A stretch of DNA of 64,000 nt. It comes from the human T2T-CHM13v2.0 reference genome, Homo sapiens. The notes below the pieces were generated by a model. That model searched no databases and was not told the DNA's origin. It saw nothing but the letters and a program-made list of their open reading frames with translations. Made by a program: the position numbers and the translations under genes. This document shows positions 14,221 to 25,717 of the stretch, piece after piece (position 1 is the stretch's first letter; each line of letters starts with the position of its first letter). The stretch is from assembly GCF_009914755.1 (NCBI RefSeq), contig NC_060938.1; one strand, 5' to 3'.

Positions 14221-15360
14221 GTACGATTTTCTTTTGGTTAAATATTTATAGGCAACAAAGGAGGCATCAAGTTAATCTATATACACCATAGAGCCAGAGC
14301 AAAGCAAAAAGTACCGACTCATTCAAAACGTGGTACTGTGGGAGCAGCCAAAGGCTTGTCCTATTATAGGGGAGGGTTTAGATTGAAATTTTCAAAATGG
14401 GAAATGTAGAAATGAAAGAAGAAACCTTTGAATTCACATAATAGATAAATTAATTCAAGCTTCATCTAAAAATATGCATGCAAACATACACCTTTTCAAA
14501 AATTATGACCACAAGAGTGCAGAATTATTTTGCGATTCTAATTCTTTAACATCTTTCTTTTCCTCAAAATTAGCTGGGAACTTCCAGAATCAACTGTTAT
14601 TGATGAAATGTCATAACAGTAGTGCTATTGCTTACTGCATAGAGTACCTCAATTCAGTGAAAACTGGCCCACTATACTGATAACTCATTATCATTATGGT
14701 TACTCTGAGGCAAAGCAATGTAATAAATTTCTACTTGAACCTGCAGAAAAAAATTTAGTACAATTTAGGAATGTGCTATTTATTTTGAAAGTTTGTTTTT
14801 CATTGCTATATTACATAAGATTTTACTAATAATTTTAAATTAATATTCTAAAAGTACCATTTCCAGATATATTAGCTATAGTTTTTTGTTGTTGTTGGAA
14901 AGATGATACCTGTTTGAATGAGGAAGGAAAGCCTTTTCATATTACTATTAATATCTTAACATCATACAGCACAGAAGGCTGTGTCCATGTAAATAGTATA
15001 GATGTGAAAAGTTCATAGAGACTTTCAAAGAAATAATAACTTTGAATAAGACTCTAGCTGTCCCCCAGATTAATATTAGCTCATGTAATCCGAACATATT
15101 CCATTAACTCTATGGTGATTTCGTTTTCATGAGCTATTCTTATATTGACTTTAATGTATACCATCAATGATGAAATTCAGTCATCCATGCACTCAGTTAA
15201 TCTGTTGGGCAGGCAAAACAAACAAGAAAACAAACAAACAAAAATTATTCTCTTTCTCTCTTCGGAGACTAGCTGCATGCATTAATAAGCACTAGGAAAC
15301 TTAAACATACATTCAAAGGGAAACAAAAATCTATTTAAATAAGGCTGCATCCTATGACAG

Positions 15361-15490
15361 TTTCTTTCTCTATATATATATTTTTCTATATATCTACAGG
15401 TATATTTCTCTCTGTGTATATATGTATGTATGTGTATATATATAGAGAGAGAAAGAGAGAGCAAGAGAGAGAGGGAGAAAAGAGAGAAAG
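15361..15490. repeat. (TA)n/(GA)n compound microsatellite
   Basis: Seen directly. Confidence 0.85.
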
Positions 15491-17781
15491 GACTTTCAGA
15501 GGATACAGTCTTATCTAAATAATTGTTCTTTCTTTTTTGAATGTATGCTTATCAAGCACCCTGGTCCTTTATTAATGCCTACAGTTTTATTCTGTCATAT
15601 ACTCTTCACTTTTAAATGATAAATTGATGAAATTCAGTAAAGCTTCCTTAGAGTTCTTTTATTCAGCACCTGTTATTTTTGGCACTCATGAAGAATTTTG
15701 TATTTAGTATAAATTATCAAACCGACTTACATAAACACATCTGCTCATCTAAGATACTTCATAAACAATAAAAGATGGTTACAATAGGCTGGCTAATTTC
15801 TCAACAACATTAATTGTGAAAATTCTCTGTTTTTAGAGTACAAAGGCAAGATTATACTTTTCAGTAGGTAAGAAGTTGAAAGTATTTGCACAACACTTTA
15901 CTCTGTTTTACTCTTTTAACAGCAATGTATTAGATTATAACTGTTTGATACTGAAGGCAAAAGCAAAATATGAAAATCTAATTACACATAAAAGCAAAGA
16001 TAAGATGGGAAGAGACTTTGAAAGACCAAATTAATCATTTTATATTTATAACTAGAACATATCTCTACTTATAATATCTGATGATATGCATACTTTTATA
16101 AAAAGATAGTGATTATACCAGATCTTGAGTTTGTTTTCCTTCCTGTAAGGAGCTTTCTCTCATTGGCTTTATGTTATTTTCATTAACGAAGGAAGACTTC
16201 ATTGATGTCCCTCAGAAAAACTTTCTTCAAAAACAACCACTGGAAACTTGAAATCTATCTAATCAAAATATTCCACTTTAGGAGCAATACCCACTCATTT
16301 CATTACTATAAGCTTAATGGTTTCAGAGGAATAGCATTTAATATTCTCTTTGAATCTGATTTTTCAAAATCAATTAATGCTTAATTCTAATTTCGGTTCT
16401 TCTGGGCCATTGATTCTTTTCCTCATTAGGTTCTTTTAATCACTTGACTTCCTCAAAAAGTTACAGTTCAAGTTTCTTACAGAAAATTTTCTTATGAAAA
16501 AAATTATATAAATATAAATGTACCTACCTAAATATGCCTTCACTATTAAATTTTTCCCCTGCATTTGTATAGTGTAAAGAACTGTATACCAGACAAAACA
16601 AAATATTACCAATTCTTTTTGCGTGTATCTCTTCAACCTTCAGGAGCAACTTTAATGCAATTTGGGACTTTATAAAAATAGTAAATACAACGTTAATTGT
16701 GACCAAGTCCTGTCATAAGGAGGACTTTTATTCAAGGTATTGAGACAGACTAAAAATATCACTTTAGACACGGTCAAATACATGAATACCTATTTTCTTA
16801 AATGGTTATTGTCCTTCACTTAATTTGGATTGTGTGTGTGTGTAAATTTTGTTGTCATCTCTATGGAAGGTATACTTATCCTTTTTATTTTGCTTAATGT
16901 CTCAAAAATATATCTTCATAAATGTTTCCATTTTGAGAACATTATTTTACAAGGTTATTTCTAGAACTAATCTCCATATTCTGTCAAATCAATTCAACAG
17001 TCTGTAAGATCCATAAACTACCAGAGATTTCTAGGCAAATAATTATTGATCAGGCTTAGGGAGACTGACAAAGTCAGTGGTGATTGACTTAAAACACTCA
17101 TTTAGTCATTGATTTATTCTTTCAACAGCTTGAACACCTTCTATGAATGTAGCAAATGGCTGAGATGTTTGCATGGTCTTATGAAGTCTATTATCTCATG
17201 TTAAGACATTAAGAATCTGGAGCAGCAAAAATAATATATTTCTTCTCATCATTCTTTTCTGTCCCCTTCCCTGCCTCACACAAACACATTTTTTCTTATT
17301 TTATTAGTTCATAAAAAGAGATGAAAATTTATTTGATGAGAAATTATTCCTTTAATTGATGAATGTCACTGTGAATCATTACTTCTTTTTTCATAGCTCA
17401 TTGCTAGTATACCTATTAAAATTACTTTCATATGTCTTTATATTCATCAATTTTATCACAAAGTAATTTTTATTCATCCTCTTCTACCAGTCATCACAAA
17501 AGTTCCCAGAAGGTGAGGTATTTTTCAAATCTAAATAACTTTCCCTACATAGCACCACACAAGGATCTCAGATGGAATGGAAGTTTGTCAAAGAAGAGCC
17601 AAGAGCTTAATAAGAATAAATAATATTCAAATTCTCAAGTCATCTGGAGAGCACTTTCTTTCTAAGACATGTTTCTATAGATCTACTTTCAAGAATAAAG
17701 ATAACTCTTGCTTTTTCTAAGTCATTTATCTACCTTACTGCCATTTAATGTCTGTTCTCTAAAAAGCTCATGGCCAAATGT

Positions 17782-17809
17782 TTTTCCATATATATATATA
17801 TGGAAAAGA

Positions 17810-17866
<57 letters not shown>

Positions 17867-17890
17867 CACATGCACACATATACATATATA
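17782..17890. repeat. Palindromic ttttcc(at)7ggaaaa followed by a (TA)n(CA)n microsatellite
   Basis: Seen directly. Confidence 0.9.
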
Positions 17891-18189
17891 TTGCTCATAG
17901 AATTCTGAAGAGAACAGGAAGGCACTGCTGGAAGGAAATACACTCTTGATAGAGAATAGTGTGTTACCATTCTGTATATAATGTGTTACCAACTGTATAT
18001 AAAATTCAAACAGGAAGCACAACCCCAACCAAAAGAACAGGCCTTCAATTTTGGAAGTTCCAGCACAGGAAAACTACTGTGAGGTGTATTCTTGAGCCAT
18101 CATGCAGCTTCCGCACTCTTGATATTATATCAAAGTACCTAATTTTGTCAAGCAACTTTAAGATAGTTTGATTAGGTCTTACAAAAATT

Positions 18190-18360
18190 CTTTCACATAA
18201 TCCTAAAGCAACACTGTAAGAAGGGTATTATCTCAAGTTTCCAGAAGAGGAAACTAGCATCAAAGAGACTAAGAAATTACCTCAGGCCACACAGTGAGTA
18301 AGTGGAGGACTGATATTGGAACATAAATTTATTTGATTCAAAATCTGTATTTTTCCACTG
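18190..18360 (-). mobile_element. MIR
   Basis: 'aatcctaaagcaacactgtaag...cagaagaggaaact...cctcaggccacacagtgagtaagtgg'. Confidence 0.7.
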
Positions 18361-18573
18361 ATATATATGTTTACTAGATTCAGACAATTACTAAAAACGA
18401 GTTAGGTGATATTACAGAAATAAAGATGAGTCAGTTGGTGTTTTCACCTCTATTATTATTACTTAATGTTATTATTTATTATAGAACATATGTACTGTAA
18501 AACTATTCTCCTAAAATTTTGACATATATTTATCCAAAAGCAAGCAATCATTTCAGACTATAACTGTACTCCA

Positions 18574-18763
18574 TAGTGGTTCTTAACCATCAGTATGAAC
18601 CGGAGTCACAAGAACTTAAAAAATCTAGATGCCCAAGATCAAAGGAGACATTGTGATTTAATTAATGTGAGTTGAGAGGTTGATATAAAAACGAATGTGA
18701 ATGACATATATATGTATATATATGCATATGTACATATATATTTCCCAGGATTGAGAATCACAG
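18574..18763. mobile_element. MER5-type hAT-Charlie MITE
   Basis: Terminal inverted repeats tagtggttctta / tgagaatcacag, about 190 bp long. Confidence 0.6.
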
Positions 18764-18929
18764 AACGACCATATTTGTAATGCAAATCTGCACAGTATGT
18801 GATGCGGAAAGAACCCTTTAATGATTTTTGATGTGCCCTATTTCTAGAGTAGATTTTTGAAAATATTGATTTTTTGATTATCTGTGAACACCGTAAGTAT
18901 GAATAGTATCTCCCTCTCTTATTAAAGCA

Positions 18930-19288
18930 CAGACGGAATAGGTTAGGGTATTCTGCAACAGCACACAGCCCCAACATCGGAGCAGCTGAACATAATGGTT
19001 CATTTATCATAGGTGGTAAATCCATGGTGATTCCTACTACCTATTCAGGACTTCAAAATAAGATGGAATTATGCTAATTGCTTCTGTCTTGTGATCTCCT
19101 TGATTACTGTGATGAGGTAAGACATTACACAAAGAGCTCAGCTCCACTGTTTGTCAGAATATGTGTGTGCCAATCATAGCCTATTGATTTGAAATATTCA
19201 CAAGTCATCATGTAACTACAGGGAGGTTAGGTAATGCAGTAAAAAACACGGAATATGAGACTGACATGACAGTACTATCTCCGCCACA
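18930..19288 (-). mobile_element. MLT1-type (ERVL-MaLR) solo LTR, old
   Basis: 'aggttagggtattctgcaacagcacacagccccaacatc...' at one end and '...tctccgccaca' at the other. Confidence 0.5.
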
Positions 19289-19326
19289 TAACTGAACTAA
19301 AGGGACACTTTTATTTTCATTTTATT

Positions 19327-19415
19327 AGAGAGATGATATAGATGACAGAGATATAGATAGAGATATATAGATGATAGATAGATAGATAAATGGAAGATAG
19401 AAAGGAGATAGATGG
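19327..19415. repeat. Degenerate (GATA)n
   Basis: Seen directly. Confidence 0.8.
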
Positions 19416-22400
19416 ACATATGTTGAGGGCTGAAAAGCTGTGAATAACAGTACAACCGACAGAATTCTGAAATGATGTCCCACAATAGCTGCACTGACCT
19501 GAAGGTCCAGGATTTTAGAAAATGTGGAATGGTTTGTTTTGTTTTGTCTTCCTGAATGAACTGCTAGTTTTGTTCCTGTTTTCTTTATTGAAAAATTATC
19601 CTTTGCTATTGATAGGATTTTATCTGTATTTTAGGGTGAAATTAAAGCAAGTAGCTTACTCTCAGCCTTAGGAATATAGCTCGACAAATACATGGTCTGT
19701 CAAATGGCAAAAATGGTGCAAGTCAACAAATGGGTATGAAACTCAGGTGATTTACTGGACAGTGTTCCACTGTGATTGGTTGATGATGATAGAGATGAGT
19801 TAAAGTTGGATCTCCAATTAGTTCCTCTTAGATGAAAATAATAATCTTGCAATAAGGGATTACAAGGCATGAAACATTTATATACTTCCCATCCTGGTAA
19901 TTGTGGGACATGCCTATAAGTTATGGAAGCACATACTTCATTTAGATAATTTGTTTAGAGTAGCCAACTCTAGCTACTCTCTGGTATATACTTTCTAATG
20001 ACTTTCTAAATTTAACTGAGAGTTAAATATGGAAAATATTTGGCTAGCAAAAAGAATGACTATTTTGAGCAACAAGCATAGGCATATTATTCTTTCAGTG
20101 TCAGATGCTCAAAATCAGTGTTTTTATCAATCAGCAATTGGATTTTTCTGCTAATGTTAGATACATTTTAGGGAATGCTGTGTACTAGAGGTTTCCCTCT
20201 TTTGAAAAACCTTACCTCACATCCATTCCTTATTCTGTTATTATTTGGCTTTCTATTAAAAAACAATTCTAATTTTCTATCCGATTGCTCAATCTGATTC
20301 TCAATAAATTATTTCATCTGGATAGTTGTTGAGTTATACAAAGCTGAACCAGAAAGAGCTCCTCACTTCAATAGTTGACAATCAACTGATGAAGAAAGCC
20401 AACATGATTACTATAATGTAAAACATATAAACATCATGAATAGTAGTATGTAGGCTTAGAAAAAAAGTATTCGATAAAAGAAATGGTGGCATGGTGGCAT
20501 TTAAGCTGAACTGTAAGGGTCAGGCAAAATGACTAGAGCAGTATCAATATAAGTAATTGGATAGATATGGAGAGACGTATAGGGTGATGGGAAGATTAAG
20601 TGATTCAACTTAAGTCAACAAAGTCTGCATGAGCAGGAAAGTATATGTTACAGCTTGATTAAGAAGTATATATTATTTTGTTTTTAAGGTGTAAGCTCAT
20701 TCTGTAAGCAGAGTTTCTTGAGCTATGGTTGATATGATTGTGTCAGTCTTTTAAGAAGTTAATTAAATATGGAAAAGATGTGTAACAAGAAAAACTTCTA
20801 AGAGATTATTGAAGTGTCTTGTAATAAATGATGAGAGGTGAAACTAAATCAATACCACAAAAGAAAGGAGATGAATGCCAAATACATTTGTGGGTAGAAG
20901 CCCTTATCTATTTATCATGGAAGAGAGTGAGAAATTTAAAAAGTAGGTTGTAGATTTAAGCATGGGTGATCGGGTGTTAAATCGATGCTTTTATCAAAGA
21001 CAAGATAGTTAAAAATACAGACTATATTGTGTGGATGAATACAATGAATGTAACTTTATATATTTCAGAATATGGGTTTGGAAAAGAGAATTGCTTCAAT
21101 TCAGCAGTCAGGACTTTCCTTACCCTGATTAGTCAAATTCAGTGAATCTTATTCCAGCAAGATACAGTGAAAATTCTGTACCTCTCTGAGGTCAGATTTG
21201 ACTTAAACCAAAGGTCCTCTAATCTCTTATGTGCTGTATCTGATTTTCTTGTCCAAAACCTTATCTGAGTTTGACTAAATTGATCCCCAGCATGAGCATA
21301 CTTCCCGATGTCTGACTACTAGACTGTTTCTGAACAACATTTCCTTCTTGACCTCTACATTTTTCAAACTTCTTTATCTTTATCTGTACCATCACACCAG
21401 CTTGCTATTTATTACTTCTGTTAGTACCTCTTTCTTATATCTACTTTGATTCTCCTGGACCTGGATGTCACTATTTTATTCTTAACACTGTCTTTGACCC
21501 AGACATAGGGCTTTTACCTCACTCTTAGATTATATAATACATAACAAAGAAGCATCATGGTAGAAATTTAAGATAGAAACAGACCATCTTGATAAGCCTA
21601 TGAGGCCAATTCACTACCTTAGTACTTTTTTATCTAACTGGAGGCCATAAATAACATCTTAGGATAGAATTGACCAAAAATAAGGGCCTCATTTAGATGC
21701 CTGGTAAGCATGAGCATTTGAAAAAACTTAAGTTATTTAAAAGTATTTTAAATAACAATTTTAGTTCTCTTTCATACCCTAGTCAGACATTGAAAACAAC
21801 TAGTATTAATTGGCAAAGGCACTTAAAAGCATCAATTTATACAATTCTTGGAAATCAGTATGTTCCAGGATACATAAACTCATGTCTGAAAGTTGCAATG
21901 ATCCTTATGTGCTAATTCTGTAATTTATTTGAGGATAGGATGGCCACTTTTACTTGTTCAGTTCTGCTGTATATATCTACTGCTCTAAAAACAATTAACA
22001 CTAAATGATGCATTTATAAGTGAGACTGATATCAATAAAATACATACATTATCTTAGCCTGAATTCAGGCTATTTTTCATGTACTTACTTTTCTGATGAA
22101 TCATAAAACAAACAGAATCATTTGAAATATAGCAATGCTCTCCGTAAAGCACATATAACTCCCAGAGGATGGGATTTATGTTTCTTTGAATGACAGTCAA
22201 CGCTGTAAAAGTTTAGTTAGAAGAATTGCAGGTCAGAGATCTTGGATGTGAGTGACATTGGCAGCATAAAGAAATGATCAGGGAATAAGTTTTTTTGAAC
22301 TTCGTCAGTCAATTTTTTAAAAGTCAGAAGTCTTATAAAGAAACATAAAGGAATAGTTTGTCAAATGCAGTTATACCTAGAAAAATTGAAACGATATAAA

Positions 22401-22473
22401 ATAATTAAAACAAAATGAAAGACATAAGCTGAGCATGAGCTCAAAATTAGTGATAAAAAGAATATTTTTCACC

Positions 22474-23800
22474 TTTTATTTCGATACGACTTTTGATTTA
22501 CTGAAGAGTTGCAAAGATAGTACAGAGTTCCCATGTGCTCTGCTTCTAGCTATTCCTAAGGTTAACAGCTCACATAATCTGATGTGTTTATCAAAACTCA
22601 GTAATTAACTTTAGTAAAATGTATTAATTACAAACTTTTTTGTATTCAACAAGTTTGATCACAATTTTTTTTTTTTGCTGATCCAGGAGTCAGTACAGTA
22701 TATCATGATTCACTCAGCCATCATGTCTTCTTAGTCTCCTTTAATTTGTGATACTTTCTCAGTCTTTCCTTGCTCTTGTTTTGGTTTGGCTTGTTTCCAT
22801 TTTTGTTTTCGTTTTTTATCTTGGCATTCATTTTTTATGCCTACCAGTATAGTAAAATGTATTTCAGTTGAATTTCTCTAACGCTTTCTTAAAGAATGTG
22901 GTTATGGTTTTGGGGTAAGAATGACAGAGAGATGAAGTGCTTTCTTTTCTTACATTATATCAGGGGAGAGTTTTGTGATAGTAACATGAATGTTACTGGT
23001 GATTTTAGCCCTAATCACTTGGGTAAGGTGTATTTTCCTGGTTCTTTCTTATAAAGTTTTGATTTGTCCCTTCCCATATTTTATTTTTTAAAGAAGCAAA
23101 CCACTAAATCCAGCCACCACTTAAGGAGGAAGAATTAAGCTCCTCCACGTCCTTGAGGGAAGAATATTAAATAATTTGTGGAGATATTTTAAAACCACCA
23201 GAGTAATTATTAAATATTTTGAGCAAGATCCCTTGAGACTGTACACATGTCTTATTCTCTTTAAAGTTTTGCTCACTCATTTTAACATTCATCAGTAGAT
23301 CCTGCCTCAAAGTGGACATTTCCTTTCTTTCTGTTACTGCAGTACAGGATGAGCTTGTATTTTCTGTCCTAGCTTCAGACTCAGTCATTTCTCCAAGAAT
23401 CTTCTATAACAGTTTATCAGAGAATAGTATTTAGAAACCAAGATATATGTGGGTGTTAGCTGTGATAATTTCTACTGAAATTTCATTGTTTCTAGGCCAT
23501 CTTACCACACAGAGCTAGGACATACATGTATGTATACTAAACGTATGTATGCAAATAAATGTATAGAAACATTTCTTTAAGTATCCATCTGTACCTCTCT
23601 CTCTCTCTCTCTTCCAGGGTTTATTCTAGCTTTCTCCCTCATTATTTGTGACTTCTACCTCCTACCATAGTCACCTAGTTTCTATTTTCTACAATTTACT
23701 TATTTATTTGCTCAACTCTAGTATACAAGTAATTTCAGAATTATCAACTAGGGTACAATGTTTATGGACATTTCTTTTTGTATTTAGCTCTACGTTACTG
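22474..23800 (-). mobile_element. L1MC4-like 3' UTR
   Basis: 'tttactgaagagttgcaaagatagtacagagttccc...gttaacagctcacataa...tatcaaaact' plus downstream 'ccactaaatccagccaccacttaagg' and 'tttagaaaccaagat'. Confidence 0.65.
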
Positions 23801-25717
23801 GATGAGGATGGGTTAGGGTAAGACCCTGCTTAGAGTCTTTAACTTTTCTAACTCTTTTGTACTATATGTCTTATCTGAAATTTATTCGAAAATTATATAT
23901 AGGTAAAAAATTGAAAATGCAAAATCACAAATTAAATCTCTTTTACTGAAACTGCCATTTCCCAATTATGTTATATTTATCTCAAGCCAGAAGAGGAGGA
24001 TATGAAAAGATCATTTGCTACGCACTGTGCTCTCTAGGGATTTGCAATATAATATGTATTTATTTTTCCTGTACTTATATGATTGCAAGCCTTTAATAAC
24101 AAAACTGTAGTGAAAAACACTTCATGGGCCTGAGATAATGGTACTTCCTTGGGACATGTAAGGACCACGACTTTTAAGGAATTGAATCTCAAAAGCCTTG
24201 AGTAATGTAATTACAATGGGGTTATTGGATTGTTTGCTGAATGCAGTTCGGTTCTAATAAAAACTACAAGCACAACAAACTCTACCCAGAGACCTAAAAA
24301 ATAAAATTAGACCACACTCATGCTTAGAAATAACCTCTTCTTTTGGGACACATTTTCTCCATAATACTTTCATTTATTTGATTGGCATTGGATTTGGTGG
24401 CTAAATCAGGGAAATGTTTTATTTCAGTTTAGAAGATTCTTAAAAGAGGGCTCACATTCTAGAGACTTAAGTCAAGCTAGATTTTTCATTCATACTACTC
24501 ATATTTAAGTCTTTTAAAAAATGAATTGTTGTCCAAAGCTTTTGCTAAAATGCATAAGGTAAACCCTTGCAGGTATATCTGGTCTGGAATTAAATTTCCT
24601 TGACAATAAGTATCAGGTTAACTGGTCAAAGTATTGCATTCTCTTTGATGCCAAAGTTTAATATCTTGCTGCTTCCATTAATCCTCTTTTTTTCCTCATG
24701 AAACAATTTTCATTTATTTACTCATTTCAACATTTTTATTTGTATGTGAGACAGTAACTTTGACCAGGAATTGCTAGAAAGGAGAAGAGACTGGACCCAA
24801 CTCACCCCTCATATGTCCTAAAACTTAAATTCTGCAGTTTAGCCCACCAAATGTCATATTATTAGTTAACTGTAGATTTTGAATTTTCTTACAGCAGTCT
24901 ATCCTCATCACTTATGTTGCATTAGATCCTTAAAGTAAAATACCTTCATAGAAAGTTCATTGGTAGAGTGGAGAGGAATGTCCCAACCTGTCTTTAAAGG
25001 ATTGTTCTAAAGGTCCTTATTGAGTGACATTGAGCTGGCTCATTATTTATGTTCCCTGAAAATATAAATTGAGGTATCTAATTTAGAGAGTTTCATGAGT
25101 GTCAAATGTGATAACAAATGAGGTTTATAGCATACAAACCTACCACAATCTCAATTTAAATGAAATTTCAGTGATTGCTCCTCATACAAATGCTTATCTA
25201 CATTTCAACACTGAAAAAGCATGTGAAATCTAAATAGTGGACAGTGGCCTTCCTGAAATTCTCTATACTAAAATTAGTTCTCCTATACAATGTAATGAAA
25301 TATTTGGTAAGACATAGGCAAATTCAAATTCAGGGAAAGAAGGGTCAGTAAATTATGCAATACTCCCTCTTTTTTCTGCTTTACATTTCCGTGTTTTAAT
25401 TAGGATTCTCTATTTGATTATTTTCTATTTGCTTTATACATTATATTTGAAAGTAATTGAAGCAAAAAATTAATAGTTTCTAAAAGTAACTGAAGAATCC
25501 ATTTCAAAGGCTACCATATGACATATTTTCAACATGATTAAGGCTTTTTTCATTTGCATGCTAATTTATGCATGTAGATACAATTCTGTATAGCTAAAAT
25601 TCAAATTTTTAAAATGTTGATATTAAGATTTTGTGCCTATATATTTTCATTAATAATCCTGATTTTTTTTTCTTTTCTTTTCTTTCTTTTATTTAATATT
25701 AAGAAGATGTTTAAGAT

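Noticed and set aside
14636-14739. Minus-strand acceptor/donor pair (ttttttctgcag ... ca|gtaagc)
   Set aside because: Stops in all three frames and no other support.
18639-19025. 128-aa minus-strand ORF
   Set aside because: Spans MER5, a TA tract and an MLT1 LTR. No recognisable domain.
22055-22072. Perfect 18-bp palindrome tagcctgaattcaggcta
   Set aside because: Roughly one such palindrome is expected by chance in 64 kb of AT-rich DNA, and there is no supporting context.
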